DNA of 64,000 bases from Patescibacteria group bacterium (GCA_041660305.1 JBAZWO010000002.1:196739-260738), one strand, 5' to 3'; positions 19,855-30,282 are shown, counted from the stretch's first letter. The notes: a model not told the origin generated them from the sequence alone. Numbers and translations: made by a program.

Positions 19855-21504
19855 ATGTACGTTAGTGTTGTTCCGGCTATTCATAGCATTCGTGGCTTAG
19901 CTGGCTTTACTTATGTAGTACCAGCAACACAAAGTGTGCAAGTTGGTGAAATTGTTTGGATACCATGGCGCAAGCAAATTATTACTGGCGTGGTTTGGCA
20001 AATAAATATTACGGCTCCGGATTTTTCTGTTAAAACTATTATTAACTCTACACAGTTTGTGTTAGATGCTGCCAGTTTGCATTTTATTAATTGGTTGGCT
20101 AATCATTATTTTATTTCCTTAAGCTACGCGGTTAAATTATTTTTACCAACTATTCCAAAACGAAAATTATCTAGCAAGCGTCCATCATCCATTAACATAA
20201 ATAATAAAATAACTTATCAAATCAATAAAAATCAAGTTAACAAAGTACAAAAATTAGTAAAGCAATTATTATCAAAAAGCTCCGCCGTCACCAAACAAAC
20301 TATTTTATATACGTCATTAGCCGAAGTAATTGGTATATTAATCGGGCTATTAAAAAATAGCACCAAACGGATAGCCATTATTGTACCGGAGGAGCAGTCG
20401 GCTCATATTTTAATTACTGCGTTACAAGCTTTTACTGAACCAGTATTAATTACGCACGTCATGAATAAAACACAATATTGGCGAGCTTGGCAAGAATTAT
20501 TTAATCACACTAGTGCCCGCCGCTTATTTATTGGTACTAAATTACTTAGTTTATTTCCCCTACATAAAGTAGATATTATTGTGCAGCTAGATGCGGCGGA
20601 TTCGGCTCATAAACAATGGGATTTAAATCCGCGGTATCATACTACTACCGTAATTAATTATTGGTCACAATTAACTCGTAATACAGTGTTGCGTTTTAGT
20701 TTGGCGCCAGCTCTTGAGCAGTTACTCACCGATCGCATTAATACTACTCTATTAGATGATTTAAAGGATCCGGTTGTAATATTGGTAGACATGACCATGG
20801 TGCCAAAAACAACTTTTTACGGTTTATTGTCCCCGACTTTACTAGAACAATGTAATAGTCAGGAAACAATTTTTTTGTGGTTTAATAATAAAGGCACCGG
20901 CAAATTTCTTTGGTGCAAAAATTGTCGTTCATTATTATCAGATTTTATTACGGTTGTTTGTCCTACTTGCCATAGTCATCAATTGGTAAAATTAGGTCAT
21001 GGCACTACTTCATTAGCCAAAGAACTGCGTTTGGCATTTCCGGAACGCGTGATTATTGAATTAACTAAAAACGAACCTAATGATCAAACCATTAATTATC
21101 AAGCCAAACCAATTATTATTGGTACTAGTTATGCTTTTACTCGGGTTGCTTGGTCAAAAATAACCAAGGTAGCTGTAATATCATGTGATCAAATGCTCAG
21201 TGAACCAACGTTTCGAGCCGCTGAACACACGCTATATCAATTAATGAAACTGCGTAATTATGGTCAGGGCAAACTAATCATTCAAACCTATGCGCCACAA
21301 CACACCGTATTTTTGGCCTTAAATGAACACTATCCACGCGCTTGGTATGACAATGAATTAAAACAGCGTAAAAAATATCAACTACCTCCTTTTCAAGCTA
21401 ATTATTTAGTGATTAATACAGTTAATAAAACACAAAAAATATATTCCACAGCCAGTCAATTACCTTTAAATGAAGCTAATATTGTTATTGACAGAGAACT
21501 ATAA
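19855..21504 (+). CDS. priA: PriA-like primosomal protein N' with degenerate helicase motifs
   Basis: The N-terminal 3'-DNA-binding domain is present (GFTYVVPATQSVQVGEIVWIPWRKQIITGVVW). Colinear PriA blocks are FIGTKLLSLFPL, SLAPALEQ, a CxxC...CxxC region and IIIGTSYA. The Walker A, DEEH and arginine-finger motifs are not conserved (see findings). Confidence 0.75.
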   Translation: MYVSVVPAIHSIRGLAGFTYVVPATQSVQVGEIVWIPWRKQIITGVVWQINITAPDFSVKTIINSTQFVLDAASLHFINWLANHYFISLSYAVKLFLPTIPKRKLSSKRPSSININNKITYQINKNQVNKVQKLVKQLLSKSSAVTKQTILYTSLAEVIGILIGLLKNSTKRIAIIVPEEQSAHILITALQAFTEPVLITHVMNKTQYWRAWQELFNHTSARRLFIGTKLLSLFPLHKVDIIVQLDAADSAHKQWDLNPRYHTTTVINYWSQLTRNTVLRFSLAPALEQLLTDRINTTLLDDLKDPVVILVDMTMVPKTTFYGLLSPTLLEQCNSQETIFLWFNNKGTGKFLWCKNCRSLLSDFITVVCPTCHSHQLVKLGHGTTSLAKELRLAFPERVIIELTKNEPNDQTINYQAKPIIIGTSYAFTRVAWSKITKVAVISCDQMLSEPTFRAAEHTLYQLMKLRNYGQGKLIIQTYAPQHTVFLALNEHYPRAWYDNELKQRKKYQLPPFQANYLVINTVNKTQKIYSTASQLPLNEANIVIDREL

Positions 21505-21522
21505 AATTACTATAATTTTATA

Positions 21523-21993
21523 ATGCCTATAATTTTACCGTTAGTTATCCAACCAAACCGTATTTTGAACACTAAATCTAAAAATATCACATTAACTGAG
21601 TTAAAAGATGCTAAAAAAGTTGTTGAATTAAAAGAACTTGGTCAAAGCATGGTTTTAACAATGTTAGAAAATAATGGCATTGGTTTAGCGGCTCCGCAAA
21701 TTGGAAAAAATGTTAACTTGTTTGTTGTGCATAAAGACACAGCTCAAACCAATGATCATTTAGTGCTGTGCAATCCACAAATTACGTTTCAATCTGCTAA
21801 AAAAACTACTATGGAAGAAGGGTGTTTATCGTGTCCAACCATCTATTTAGATATTGCTCGTTCGGAAAAAATACGCGTCAAAGCTTATACGTTAGATAAC
21901 GAAAAAACCATATTTAAAGCTAAAGGTATGTTAGCTAAAGTGTTCCAACACGAAATCGATCATTTAAACGGGGTGTTAATTATTAATAAATAA
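21523..21993 (+). CDS. def: Peptide deformylase
   Basis: GIGLAAPQIG, EGCLS and HEIDHLNG motifs. Confidence 0.95.
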   Translation: MPIILPLVIQPNRILNTKSKNITLTELKDAKKVVELKELGQSMVLTMLENNGIGLAAPQIGKNVNLFVVHKDTAQTNDHLVLCNPQITFQSAKKTTMEEGCLSCPTIYLDIARSEKIRVKAYTLDNEKTIFKAKGMLAKVFQHEIDHLNGVLIINK

Positions 21994-21996
21994 AAC

Positions 21997-22836
21997 ATGT
22001 CTCCCATTCGAGTAATCTTTTTTGGTTCCGGTGATATCGGCTTACCAACGTTAGATTTGTTATTAAAACAACCAGAGTTTATTGTGGTGGCTGTGGTTAC
22101 TCAACCAGATAAACCGGTAGGCAGAAAACAATTACTACAACCTACTCCGCTTAAGACATTGGCTTTAAGTAAAAAAATTACGGTTTTAGAATCATTAGAT
22201 AATTTACCAGCGGCTGATTTGGGAATATTAGTAGCCTACGGTAATTTATTATCAAAACAAATTTTACAACACTTTCCTAAAGGTATTATTAATTTACACC
22301 CGTCATTATTACCACGTTGGCGCGGTGCAGCTCCAATTCAATATAGCTTGCTTAACGACGATAAAGAAACCGGTGTTTCAATAATGCTATTAGATACTGG
22401 TATGGACACTGGGCCAATATTGTCACAACAAACAATAACCATTGAAACACAAGATAATGCGGCTATATTATCCAGTAAATTAGCTAAGTTGGGAGCTGAA
22501 TTAACAGTAAAAACAGCTTTAGCTTATTGTAATAATCACATAACACCAAAGCCACAAGTAAATACCAACCTAAGCCACAGCCGACAGATTAAAAAAATAG
22601 ATGGCAAAATAACTAAGCTTGATAGTTTGGCTATGATTTACAAAAAATACCGAGCTTTCTATTCTTGGCCGGGTATTTATTGCATTTGGAATAAATTGCG
22701 CTTGAAAATAATTGAACTGCATTTTGAAAATAATAATCTAATCATAGATAAAATACAACCCGCCGGAAAGCCGGTGTTGTTGTACAAAGATTTTGTTCAA
22801 GGTTATAGCAAATTTAACCTAGCTGATATTGAATAA
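21997..22836 (+). CDS. fmt: Methionyl-tRNA formyltransferase
   Basis: IRVIFFGSGDIGLPTL and NLHPSLLPRWRGAAPIQ. It lies immediately downstream of def. Confidence 0.92.
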   Translation: MSPIRVIFFGSGDIGLPTLDLLLKQPEFIVVAVVTQPDKPVGRKQLLQPTPLKTLALSKKITVLESLDNLPAADLGILVAYGNLLSKQILQHFPKGIINLHPSLLPRWRGAAPIQYSLLNDDKETGVSIMLLDTGMDTGPILSQQTITIETQDNAAILSSKLAKLGAELTVKTALAYCNNHITPKPQVNTNLSHSRQIKKIDGKITKLDSLAMIYKKYRAFYSWPGIYCIWNKLRLKIIELHFENNNLIIDKIQPAGKPVLLYKDFVQGYSKFNLADIE

Positions 22837-22866
22837 AGCGGTTATTACCTGTATAATAGCTTAACT

Positions 22867-23691
22867 ATGCAGCTTAGTGTAATTATTCCTGCTTATAATG
22901 AAGCCAAATATTTGCCAACATGTTTAACTTCTTTAATCGCTGAGATTAAACGAAATCAGCATCGGTCAATAGAAATTATTGTAGTTGATAACGCCAGTAC
23001 AGATAATACTACTGTTATTGTCAAACAATATTCTGAAGTTACTTTAATTAAGGAACCGCGTAAAGGATTGGTATTTGCCAGACAAGCTGGTTTTGTAGCA
23101 GCGCATGGTGATTTATTAGCCAATATTGACGCCGATACCATTGTCCCAATTGGTTGGATAAACACAATTTATCAAGAATTTACACATTGTCCTAATTTAG
23201 TCGCTTTAAGTGGACCACAAAAGTATTATGATTTACCTAAGCGTATTAATTTTTTTGTCAGCGTGTTTTATCGTTTAGCTTATTTAGTTTATTTAATTAA
23301 TCGTTATATTTTTAAAATTAGCTCATTAGTACAAGGTGGTAATTTTATAGTTACAAAAGCCGCACTCAATAAGATTGGCGGTTACAATACTAAAGAATTT
23401 ACTTTTTATGGTGAAGACGCTGATTTGGCTAGACGATTATTTAAAATTGGTTTAGTAAAATTTTCACTAAATTTTAAGATTTTTTCATCGGCTAGACGTT
23501 TAGTGGCCGAAGGATTACTAACTATGGGTTTACGCTACGCGATTAATTATTTATGGGTAGTATTTTTTAAAAAACCATTTAATAAAACTTATTTGGATAT
23601 TCGTTTGGGCAATTTACCTTATTCTGGAAAAATTATTCGCAAACGTTTATTGCACTTATTTGCGCGTTTTTTCAGTAATGTAAAAACCTAA
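22867..23691 (+). CDS. Glycosyltransferase family 2 (soluble type)
   Basis: SVIIPAYNEAKYL, VVDNASTDNT and NIDADT motifs. Confidence 0.85.
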   Translation: MQLSVIIPAYNEAKYLPTCLTSLIAEIKRNQHRSIEIIVVDNASTDNTTVIVKQYSEVTLIKEPRKGLVFARQAGFVAAHGDLLANIDADTIVPIGWINTIYQEFTHCPNLVALSGPQKYYDLPKRINFFVSVFYRLAYLVYLINRYIFKISSLVQGGNFIVTKAALNKIGGYNTKEFTFYGEDADLARRLFKIGLVKFSLNFKIFSSARRLVAEGLLTMGLRYAINYLWVVFFKKPFNKTYLDIRLGNLPYSGKIIRKRLLHLFARFFSNVKT

Positions 23692-25146
23692 ATACTTGCC
23701 CAAGAACAAACGAGTTTGTGCTTCAATGGCCGGCAAAGTTCCGAAAATAATCATTGATATTGGCAGCAACGCCCATTGCAATAACATGGTAATATATTTT
23801 GTAGACTGGTATTGTTGCGGGCGTTTTGGTAATAATAAAGTTCCTAATATTACTGCTAAAATAAGACCAATATTAGCAATGGTTAAACAAATTTTCATGA
23901 TATAAGGAGCGTTAGTAGCAATAACAGTATTGTGTTCTATTGGGTTAAGTAAATACAATGGTAAATAGCCAAAAATAAATATTATTAAAGAAGTAGTGCC
24001 CCACGACCACATACCTTCAATTTGATTAAATAAATGGTATAATCGTTTTTGCCAGGCTATTTTGTGATTGTTCCAAAAAAACCAAAGCATATAAGGAATA
24101 TTTTCACTACCACACGCCCACCGTCGTTGTTGATAGTATAAATTCTTTAAACTTTTCCACCAACCATCAGCTAAAACCGTATCCATGTATACAGGCATGT
24201 GCAATGGAACTACTCGATAATTACCTTGGTAGTGTAAAAAACATTGCAAAAAAATTCTTGAATCATCAGAGATTGCATCAGTTTCCCACCAATCTACTGC
24301 TACCAAAGCAACAAATGACATACTATGTGAGGAAAAAGTAAATAATCTTTCTGGTCTAACCTGTTCTTGCATTAACCAAAAAGTTGTACCCATAGCAGCT
24401 ACTCGCATAATGGCTGGCGCATCCCAAATATTATTATTAAACATAGGAATAGGCTGATAACTAGCTTGCGTACGATTTGGTTCATGACAATAAACCCAGG
24501 TTAAATAAGAAAAATATTGACAATCTACACAAGTATCAGCATCAAGAATTGATACAATAATATTTTCATAAGGAATATTCTCTTTATCAATAATCTGTTG
24601 TTTTACTTGCCTACCGGCCCAATTTAAATTAGCTCCTTTACTAGCTAATTCACCTGGGATATTTTGTGGATGTATAGCTATATGAAAATTTTGAAAAACA
24701 TCTTGATAGATTTTTTGCATGGTTAAACCATTTGCTATACTATTAGGATAACGTTCTTCTGCAGCAAAAGCAATAATTATTCTGTCTTTAGGAAAGGTAG
24801 TATTAGCTAATGATGTCAGCGTAGATTTAATTACAGAAATTGATTCAGTGGAATTAGGAATCATGACTAAATGATAAATTTGTTTGCTAGCCGGTATAGT
24901 TAAACAACGTTTTTGCCAATCAATCCGCATAACCACCCGATAACGATAATATGATATCACTAAAAAAGTACTCAAATATATCATTTTAATCATCCAATAA
25001 AAATCAAAGATAATAATAACATAAACCATGCTTAAAGGTTTAATAAATGTTAATAATAAACCACCTAGTAATGTTAGCCATATTAAAGCACCAGGAATCA
25101 TTTCTAATAAGCGATATTTGCGATAAGCACTAATGTTAGCGAGCAT
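23656..25146 (-). CDS. Integral-membrane processive GT2-type synthase (D,D,D,QxxRW)
   Basis: N- and C-terminal TM bundles flank a GT2 core containing SILDADT and QQRRWACGS (QxxRW). Confidence 0.75.
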   Translation of the reverse strand: MLANISAYRKYRLLEMIPGALIWLTLLGGLLLTFIKPLSMVYVIIIFDFYWMIKMIYLSTFLVISYYRYRVVMRIDWQKRCLTIPASKQIYHLVMIPNSTESISVIKSTLTSLANTTFPKDRIIIAFAAEERYPNSIANGLTMQKIYQDVFQNFHIAIHPQNIPGELASKGANLNWAGRQVKQQIIDKENIPYENIIVSILDADTCVDCQYFSYLTWVYCHEPNRTQASYQPIPMFNNNIWDAPAIMRVAAMGTTFWLMQEQVRPERLFTFSSHSMSFVALVAVDWWETDAISDDSRIFLQCFLHYQGNYRVVPLHMPVYMDTVLADGWWKSLKNLYYQQRRWACGSENIPYMLWFFWNNHKIAWQKRLYHLFNQIEGMWSWGTTSLIIFIFGYLPLYLLNPIEHNTVIATNAPYIMKICLTIANIGLILAVILGTLLLPKRPQQYQSTKYITMLLQWALLPISMIIFGTLPAIEAQTRLFLGKYLGFYITEKTRK

Positions 25147-26296
25147 ATAACATGTAAAACTGATAAATAATACCGCAAATAAATACCAGGTATAATAAAT
25201 AATGTAACCAGTGAGCGGTGGTGATATGATATTCAGCTAGTCGATCAGCTTGGTGGCTTAATTTTTGATGAATTCTAATAATAATAATACCTTCAAAACC
25301 ACCAAGCAATCCACCAGTTAAACCTAGCAATTCCACAAAGGATAATAAATTGCCTAGCAATATACCTATTGGCGGTATTATTACCATTAACCAAGCTCGA
25401 TAAGCCGGCTGTTTTAAATCATAAATATAGGTTTCTTTTAATACCAAACCTAATAATAAAAATGATGTTGTCATAGTGATAATACCAAAAACTGACCCAA
25501 AAATCAATACTGATTTACCAAGTACTTGTCCTAAACCAATTAAAGCATTTTCTGTAATATTAGCACCACAAATACTAATGGTCACGGCTACAAAAGCTAT
25601 GTAAATTAGTACTGGAATAAATGATCCAATTAAAATAGTCTTTTTTAAGGCTAATCTGTTTTTTATCAAAATGTTTTTCACATCCGGTATAGCCGCTGCG
25701 GAAGCTAAAGCAAACAACACAATACCATAAGGCCAAAACAAATATTGAGTGTTGTATTGATAGAGTGTCTCAAAATGTAACTGTGGTAGACCAATCACAA
25801 TAAACATAATAATTATAGCAAAACTCACTAGCATCATAATTCTATCTACACTAGCCACTGCTCTTAGACCAATATATAGAGCGCTAGCAATAAAAACAAA
25901 ATAAATTAATGAACATTGAATACTAGACAATGAAATAATAGGACTAATTATTTGCTTGAATAAATGGCCTATTTCTATTAAATAAGCACTTAAGGCTCCA
26001 TAAAACCCTATAAATACAGTAATTAGTGTCAACCATTTCCAACGTTGTCCTAAATATTTTTCAGCATAATATGGTAATTGATGAGAACCATTAGTACTAA
26101 GCACAATTTCACCATAAATTAGATTAATGAATGTGCAAATTACTCCTAAACCTAACAAATATATTAAACCAACTATAAAACCTGATTGATAAATAACATA
26201 TGGTAAACCAAAAATACCAGCGCCAATGGCCGCACCGACTAAAATAGCAATCGCCGTATAATATGTGCCCGGCTGATGACGTTGTTTAGTAAGCAT
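25136..26296 (-). CDS. Amino-acid permease (aromatic amino acid / Aa_trans-like transporter)
   Basis: About 11 TM segments. The N-terminal AILVGAAIGAGIFGLPY motif is typical of this transporter class. Confidence 0.65.
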   Translation of the reverse strand: MLTKQRHQPGTYYTAIAILVGAAIGAGIFGLPYVIYQSGFIVGLIYLLGLGVICTFINLIYGEIVLSTNGSHQLPYYAEKYLGQRWKWLTLITVFIGFYGALSAYLIEIGHLFKQIISPIISLSSIQCSLIYFVFIASALYIGLRAVASVDRIMMLVSFAIIIMFIVIGLPQLHFETLYQYNTQYLFWPYGIVLFALASAAAIPDVKNILIKNRLALKKTILIGSFIPVLIYIAFVAVTISICGANITENALIGLGQVLGKSVLIFGSVFGIITMTTSFLLLGLVLKETYIYDLKQPAYRAWLMVIIPPIGILLGNLLSFVELLGLTGGLLGGFEGIIIIRIHQKLSHQADRLAEYHITTAHWLHYLLYLVFICGIIYQFYMLYAR

Positions 26297-26305
26297 TAAT
26301 AAAAA

Positions 26306-26896
26306 TTATTCTGCTTCGTTGGTATTAGTTGTATCAGTTTCGTTATCTAATTCCTTTAATTGTTCTTCCGTGTAGGCTGGTTCATAAACCAACTCGTATT
26401 CTAAGATGTTTTTATATGGCGTAAGATATACAGTTAAATACTCTGGGTTATCATCTGATCCTTTAGAGAATTCAATGTAATCAGTAGCTTCTTCACTAAC
26501 TTTCCAATCTTGCGCTAGCTCGGTTTTATAAAAACTTCTTACAGCTTCTTGTGTAGCAGTTGTTTGATAAGTAACGTCTTTTTCTAGCTCATTTTCAGAA
26601 AAATAAGTTCTAATAGAATTAGTGTATCGTTTGGCCATATCTAAGTCTTTACCGTAAACATCACTAGTTACTATTTCAGCGTCTGATTCTGTAGTATCTA
26701 CATCTTCAGTGAAATTGATATTTTCATCAGTAAACACATCAGCAACATTATCAACTGAACTTACTGTAGAAGAATTATTACTATTATTAGAGGTTTTTTT
26801 AACTTGGTCAGTTACTTTATCTGTTAACGAACAACCACTAATAAGTATACCTACACTTAGTAACATTATTATTTGGGTTATTTGTATTTTTTTCAT
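26306..26896 (-). CDS. Acidic lipoprotein, function unknown
   Basis: Signal peptide with the lipobox LISGCS, followed by an Asn/Ser linker. Confidence 0.6.
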   Translation of the reverse strand: MKKIQITQIIMLLSVGILISGCSLTDKVTDQVKKTSNNSNNSSTVSSVDNVADVFTDENINFTEDVDTTESDAEIVTSDVYGKDLDMAKRYTNSIRTYFSENELEKDVTYQTTATQEAVRSFYKTELAQDWKVSEEATDYIEFSKGSDDNPEYLTVYLTPYKNILEYELVYEPAYTEEQLKELDNETDTTNTNEAE

Positions 26897-26964
26897 AGGT
26901 TATTATTACTTAGCGCTTAATATTAATTAATTGATTTAGTTTATAGTATAGCAAATATTTTATT

Positions 26965-28071
26965 TTATTGATAGCTTACTTTACCGGTATTAGGTAAAAT
27001 TTCTACCCAAGAATTACCGCGATTTAATTGGATAATTTGGCCAGATTTGTCATAAAATTGTGTTCGACTAAGTCGATCAGCTTTTTTCCAGGTACCTTCA
27101 ATAACTTCGCCGTCACGAGCAATATATACTGAACCCTCTCCAGTAACTGAAAAATTAATTCGACCTTGATCAACTGCTTCTTGTCCTGGTGGAACAATTT
27201 GGATAATAATATTTTTAGTAACCAAAACACTATTATCATTAGCATCGTGTTGCAACTCATTGCCATTCCAACGTTCATAGTTATTATTGGTAAAATTATA
27301 CACATAATGTACGTTGTATAAAGGTGAAGAGCCAAAATCAATGTCTACTGTCTTGTCTTTATCTGGAGCCGTAGTTGATTTAGTATCGTTTTTATAATTC
27401 CATGATAGATAAGTACTAGCATTGTCAGCTAAATTTTTGTCACGTCGAACATAATTGATTAAACTAGCATAGGTAAATAAATTATGTGGTGATTCTCGTT
27501 GTACATCACGCTTAAAAAAACGAGCATCGGTACTCAAAGCAGATAAATCTTTAACATTCATGCCGGAAATAGCTTGTAGTGCTTCTGGACTACCACCAGC
27601 ATGACCATATAACGCATCATATTCCGACGCAAATTCTAAATAAGTAGCCCGGGCACTACGAATGGGTCCTATTTTTTCTGGAAAATCACCGGAATACACA
27701 GCCATAAACCGAGTAATACCACCTTCTACTACTATTTCATAAACTAACTGAGCTGCATTTAAGCCAAATTGTGGCCGTACTCCACCAAACGCTGCGTTTT
27801 CTATCATCAAAGCTACTGGATAACGATTAGCATCATTACGATTGACTAATACACCATCTAACCGCCGTGGCATTTCAACGGCTGTTTTAAATATAGGCAA
27901 TGGTTTTTGTTTATATAAAACAGGTAAAATTACTTGCGTAGTGGTTTTTTCCAAAATTACTTGATTACGGGCTACTAAATATATGCCAAGCCAAACAAAT
28001 ATAGCTGATAATAACATGCTACTGGCTACCAGACTCAATCTGACATTTTTATTACGCCAAAATTCCCCCAT
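26965..28071 (-). CDS. DUF3048 (YerB-like) membrane-anchored protein, paralogue 1
   Basis: TM anchor, then PVALMIENAAFGGVRPQFGL...EGGITRFMAVY...GPIRSARATY. Confidence 0.8.
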   Translation of the reverse strand: MGEFWRNKNVRLSLVASSMLLSAIFVWLGIYLVARNQVILEKTTTQVILPVLYKQKPLPIFKTAVEMPRRLDGVLVNRNDANRYPVALMIENAAFGGVRPQFGLNAAQLVYEIVVEGGITRFMAVYSGDFPEKIGPIRSARATYLEFASEYDALYGHAGGSPEALQAISGMNVKDLSALSTDARFFKRDVQRESPHNLFTYASLINYVRRDKNLADNASTYLSWNYKNDTKSTTAPDKDKTVDIDFGSSPLYNVHYVYNFTNNNYERWNGNELQHDANDNSVLVTKNIIIQIVPPGQEAVDQGRINFSVTGEGSVYIARDGEVIEGTWKKADRLSRTQFYDKSGQIIQLNRGNSWVEILPNTGKVSYQ

Positions 28072-28078
28072 AAAATAT

Positions 28079-29188
28079 TTAGTAACTAACTTTAGACTTA
28101 TCAGCTGTTGGTACTAATTCTATCCAAGTTTGCCCAGGATTAAAAGTAAATTCAGCACCAGTGTCATCATAGAATAATGTTCTATCGCCCCGCTGCTCCT
28201 TTTTCCAGGTACCAGCCTTACTAATGCCATCTTGTACTAAAATCGCTTCTCCAGTACCAATGGTATTCATTTCTAATCTTCCAGATTGTTGATCAATAAC
28301 AGTAGTATCAATATATTGTATCACAATGTTTTTAGCTTTAATTTGTTCATTATTATTAACATCACGATGTTCGCTTTCACCATTCCAACGTAAGTAACTA
28401 TTACTATCTCTGTCATAGCGCCAATCTACTAAATAATTTTTATTAGAATAATATATTACCAACGGTTTGGTAGTAGTTGGTCGGCTTTCCTTTTTTAAAT
28501 TAGTTTTAAATTTGTAAGGTTGATAAGCACCTGTTTTATTATTTAATTCTAGGTCTCTCAAGGCTAATGCTAATAATTCTGTATTGCTAAATAAGGTGTG
28601 CTCCATAGCCACATTCAAAGCCGTATCACGATAAAAATAATTAGAATAGCTAAATTGGTTTAAATCAGTAACATAATTACTAGAATTTAACACGCCCAAA
28701 GCTTGTGGACTACCACCTACATGTACATAAATGCCTTTATACTCTTCTGCTAGATCTACAAAATAAGCTCGCGCACTGCGAATGGGTCCAATTTTATCAA
28801 CCGCTGTTTTACTAGCATATATCGCCATAAATCTAGTAATACCACCTTCGGCCAAAGCTTCGTATATCAGATTTGCTTCAGTTAAACCAGCTTGTGGACG
28901 AATTGAAGCTAAATTTTCTATCATTACAGCTACTGGCAAAATGTTGCTTTCATTAGCCGGCACTGGAATGCCATCGATTTGTCTAGCTACCGGCTCTGTG
29001 ACGGTTACAATAGCGGTGTTAGTATTAACAATAGGTGGTGTAGTTTTTGGTTTATTAAGATTAATAATAGCTACAGCCATACCAATAATGGACAAGCCTA
29101 CAATGGTGATTAAAATAATTATTTGGGTACGTTTGTTGGTTTTGATATGAACAATAGCACTATTAATTAATTCTTGTGCTTTACCCAT
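28079..29188 (-). CDS. DUF3048 (YerB-like) membrane-anchored protein, paralogue 2
   Basis: PVAVMIENLASIRPQAGL...EGGITRFMAIY...GPIRSARAYF. It is a tandem paralogue of 26965-28071. Confidence 0.8.
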   Translation of the reverse strand: MGKAQELINSAIVHIKTNKRTQIIILITIVGLSIIGMAVAIINLNKPKTTPPIVNTNTAIVTVTEPVARQIDGIPVPANESNILPVAVMIENLASIRPQAGLTEANLIYEALAEGGITRFMAIYASKTAVDKIGPIRSARAYFVDLAEEYKGIYVHVGGSPQALGVLNSSNYVTDLNQFSYSNYFYRDTALNVAMEHTLFSNTELLALALRDLELNNKTGAYQPYKFKTNLKKESRPTTTKPLVIYYSNKNYLVDWRYDRDSNSYLRWNGESEHRDVNNNEQIKAKNIVIQYIDTTVIDQQSGRLEMNTIGTGEAILVQDGISKAGTWKKEQRGDRTLFYDDTGAEFTFNPGQTWIELVPTADKSKVSY

Positions 29189-29191
29189 AGA

Positions 29192-29902
29192 TTACTTTTT
29201 AGCTTCTTTTTTAGTTTCTTTAGCATTTTTATCGGTAGTTTCACCGGCCGTCGGTTCTTTAGGTTCTTTCACTACGCCAGCTACTTTAGTAACATCTTCT
29301 TGAACTGTTTGATTTAAAGCGGCTAATTCCTCATCACTACGTGGTGGTGTTACTTTAACTACAGTTTCTTCTGGCTTATCTAATACTGTAATAGCTTTAG
29401 GAAACGCTAAATCTGTTACAGTAATAATATCTGTAAAAGTTTTTAATAAACTTATATCAACCGCTAATTCTTTAATTAAGTCTTGTGGCAGACATTTAAC
29501 ATTAATTTTTTCCTTATTTTTTAATAATATGCCATTTAATTCTTTAATAGCTGGGGCTACCCCAATAAAATTTAAAGGAATTTCTGCATGAATAGCTTCT
29601 TGCATATTTACCACATGAATATCAACGTGTTGTATAATATCCGATAGAATATCATAAGATACATCTTGAATTAAAGCCTTAATAGCTGGCTTATTATCAA
29701 TAATCAAATCAATGAGGGTGCTATCACCGGCTTGTTGATAAACCTTAGCCAATTCTTTTAATGAAAACTGTACATTACAATTTTTTAAGCCATGGCCGTA
29801 AACTACACCAGGAACAAAACCTTGTTGTCTGAGTGTACGACAAATCTTTTTTAAGCCTGTTCTAGTATTAGCGTTAAGAACAAGTGTGGCAGTATCTTTC
29901 AT
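29192..29902 (-). CDS. rplY: Ribosomal protein L25/Ctc with a Lys/Glu-rich tail
   Basis: RQQGFVPGVVYGHG motif, two-domain Ctc length (236 aa) and a charged C-terminal tail. Confidence 0.88.
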   Translation of the reverse strand: MKDTATLVLNANTRTGLKKICRTLRQQGFVPGVVYGHGLKNCNVQFSLKELAKVYQQAGDSTLIDLIIDNKPAIKALIQDVSYDILSDIIQHVDIHVVNMQEAIHAEIPLNFIGVAPAIKELNGILLKNKEKINVKCLPQDLIKELAVDISLLKTFTDIITVTDLAFPKAITVLDKPEETVVKVTPPRSDEELAALNQTVQEDVTKVAGVVKEPKEPTAGETTDKNAKETKKEAKK

Positions 29903-29925
29903 GTGACCTATAGTTAATGATTAAT

Positions 29926-30282
29926 TTAGTGTGTTAATGATTGTAAAATTTTCTCTGGAGCAGCCGTTTGATTAAAGAAATGATGTAAATCAATTAAATA
30001 ATCTTCTGATAATAACGATTTATTTTGAAATTTTAATACTTCTTCACGAGTTAGATCGGTTAACAAACCAATAGAACTAACAATTGATCCAGAGCTAAAT
30101 ACTAAAGCAACTACAGCACCTTGGCAAGCCTGACATTGAATATGTAATAATTCAGCGTTATTACGATGATTAACTATGTTCGACTGTAATGCCTGTTTAT
30201 CTGCTGAACAAATTGGACAATGAGCAATTATTTTTTCTAAAGCCAGCTGCTTAATAGATTGTGGCAAAGTAGCTTGTTTCAT
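29926..30282 (-). CDS. Small hypothetical protein with two CxxC pairs (putative zinc ribbon)
   Basis: CPICS...CQACQG. There are no other recognisable motifs. Confidence 0.45.
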   Translation of the reverse strand: MKQATLPQSIKQLALEKIIAHCPICSADKQALQSNIVNHRNNAELLHIQCQACQGAVVALVFSSGSIVSSIGLLTDLTREEVLKFQNKSLLSEDYLIDLHHFFNQTAAPEKILQSLTH

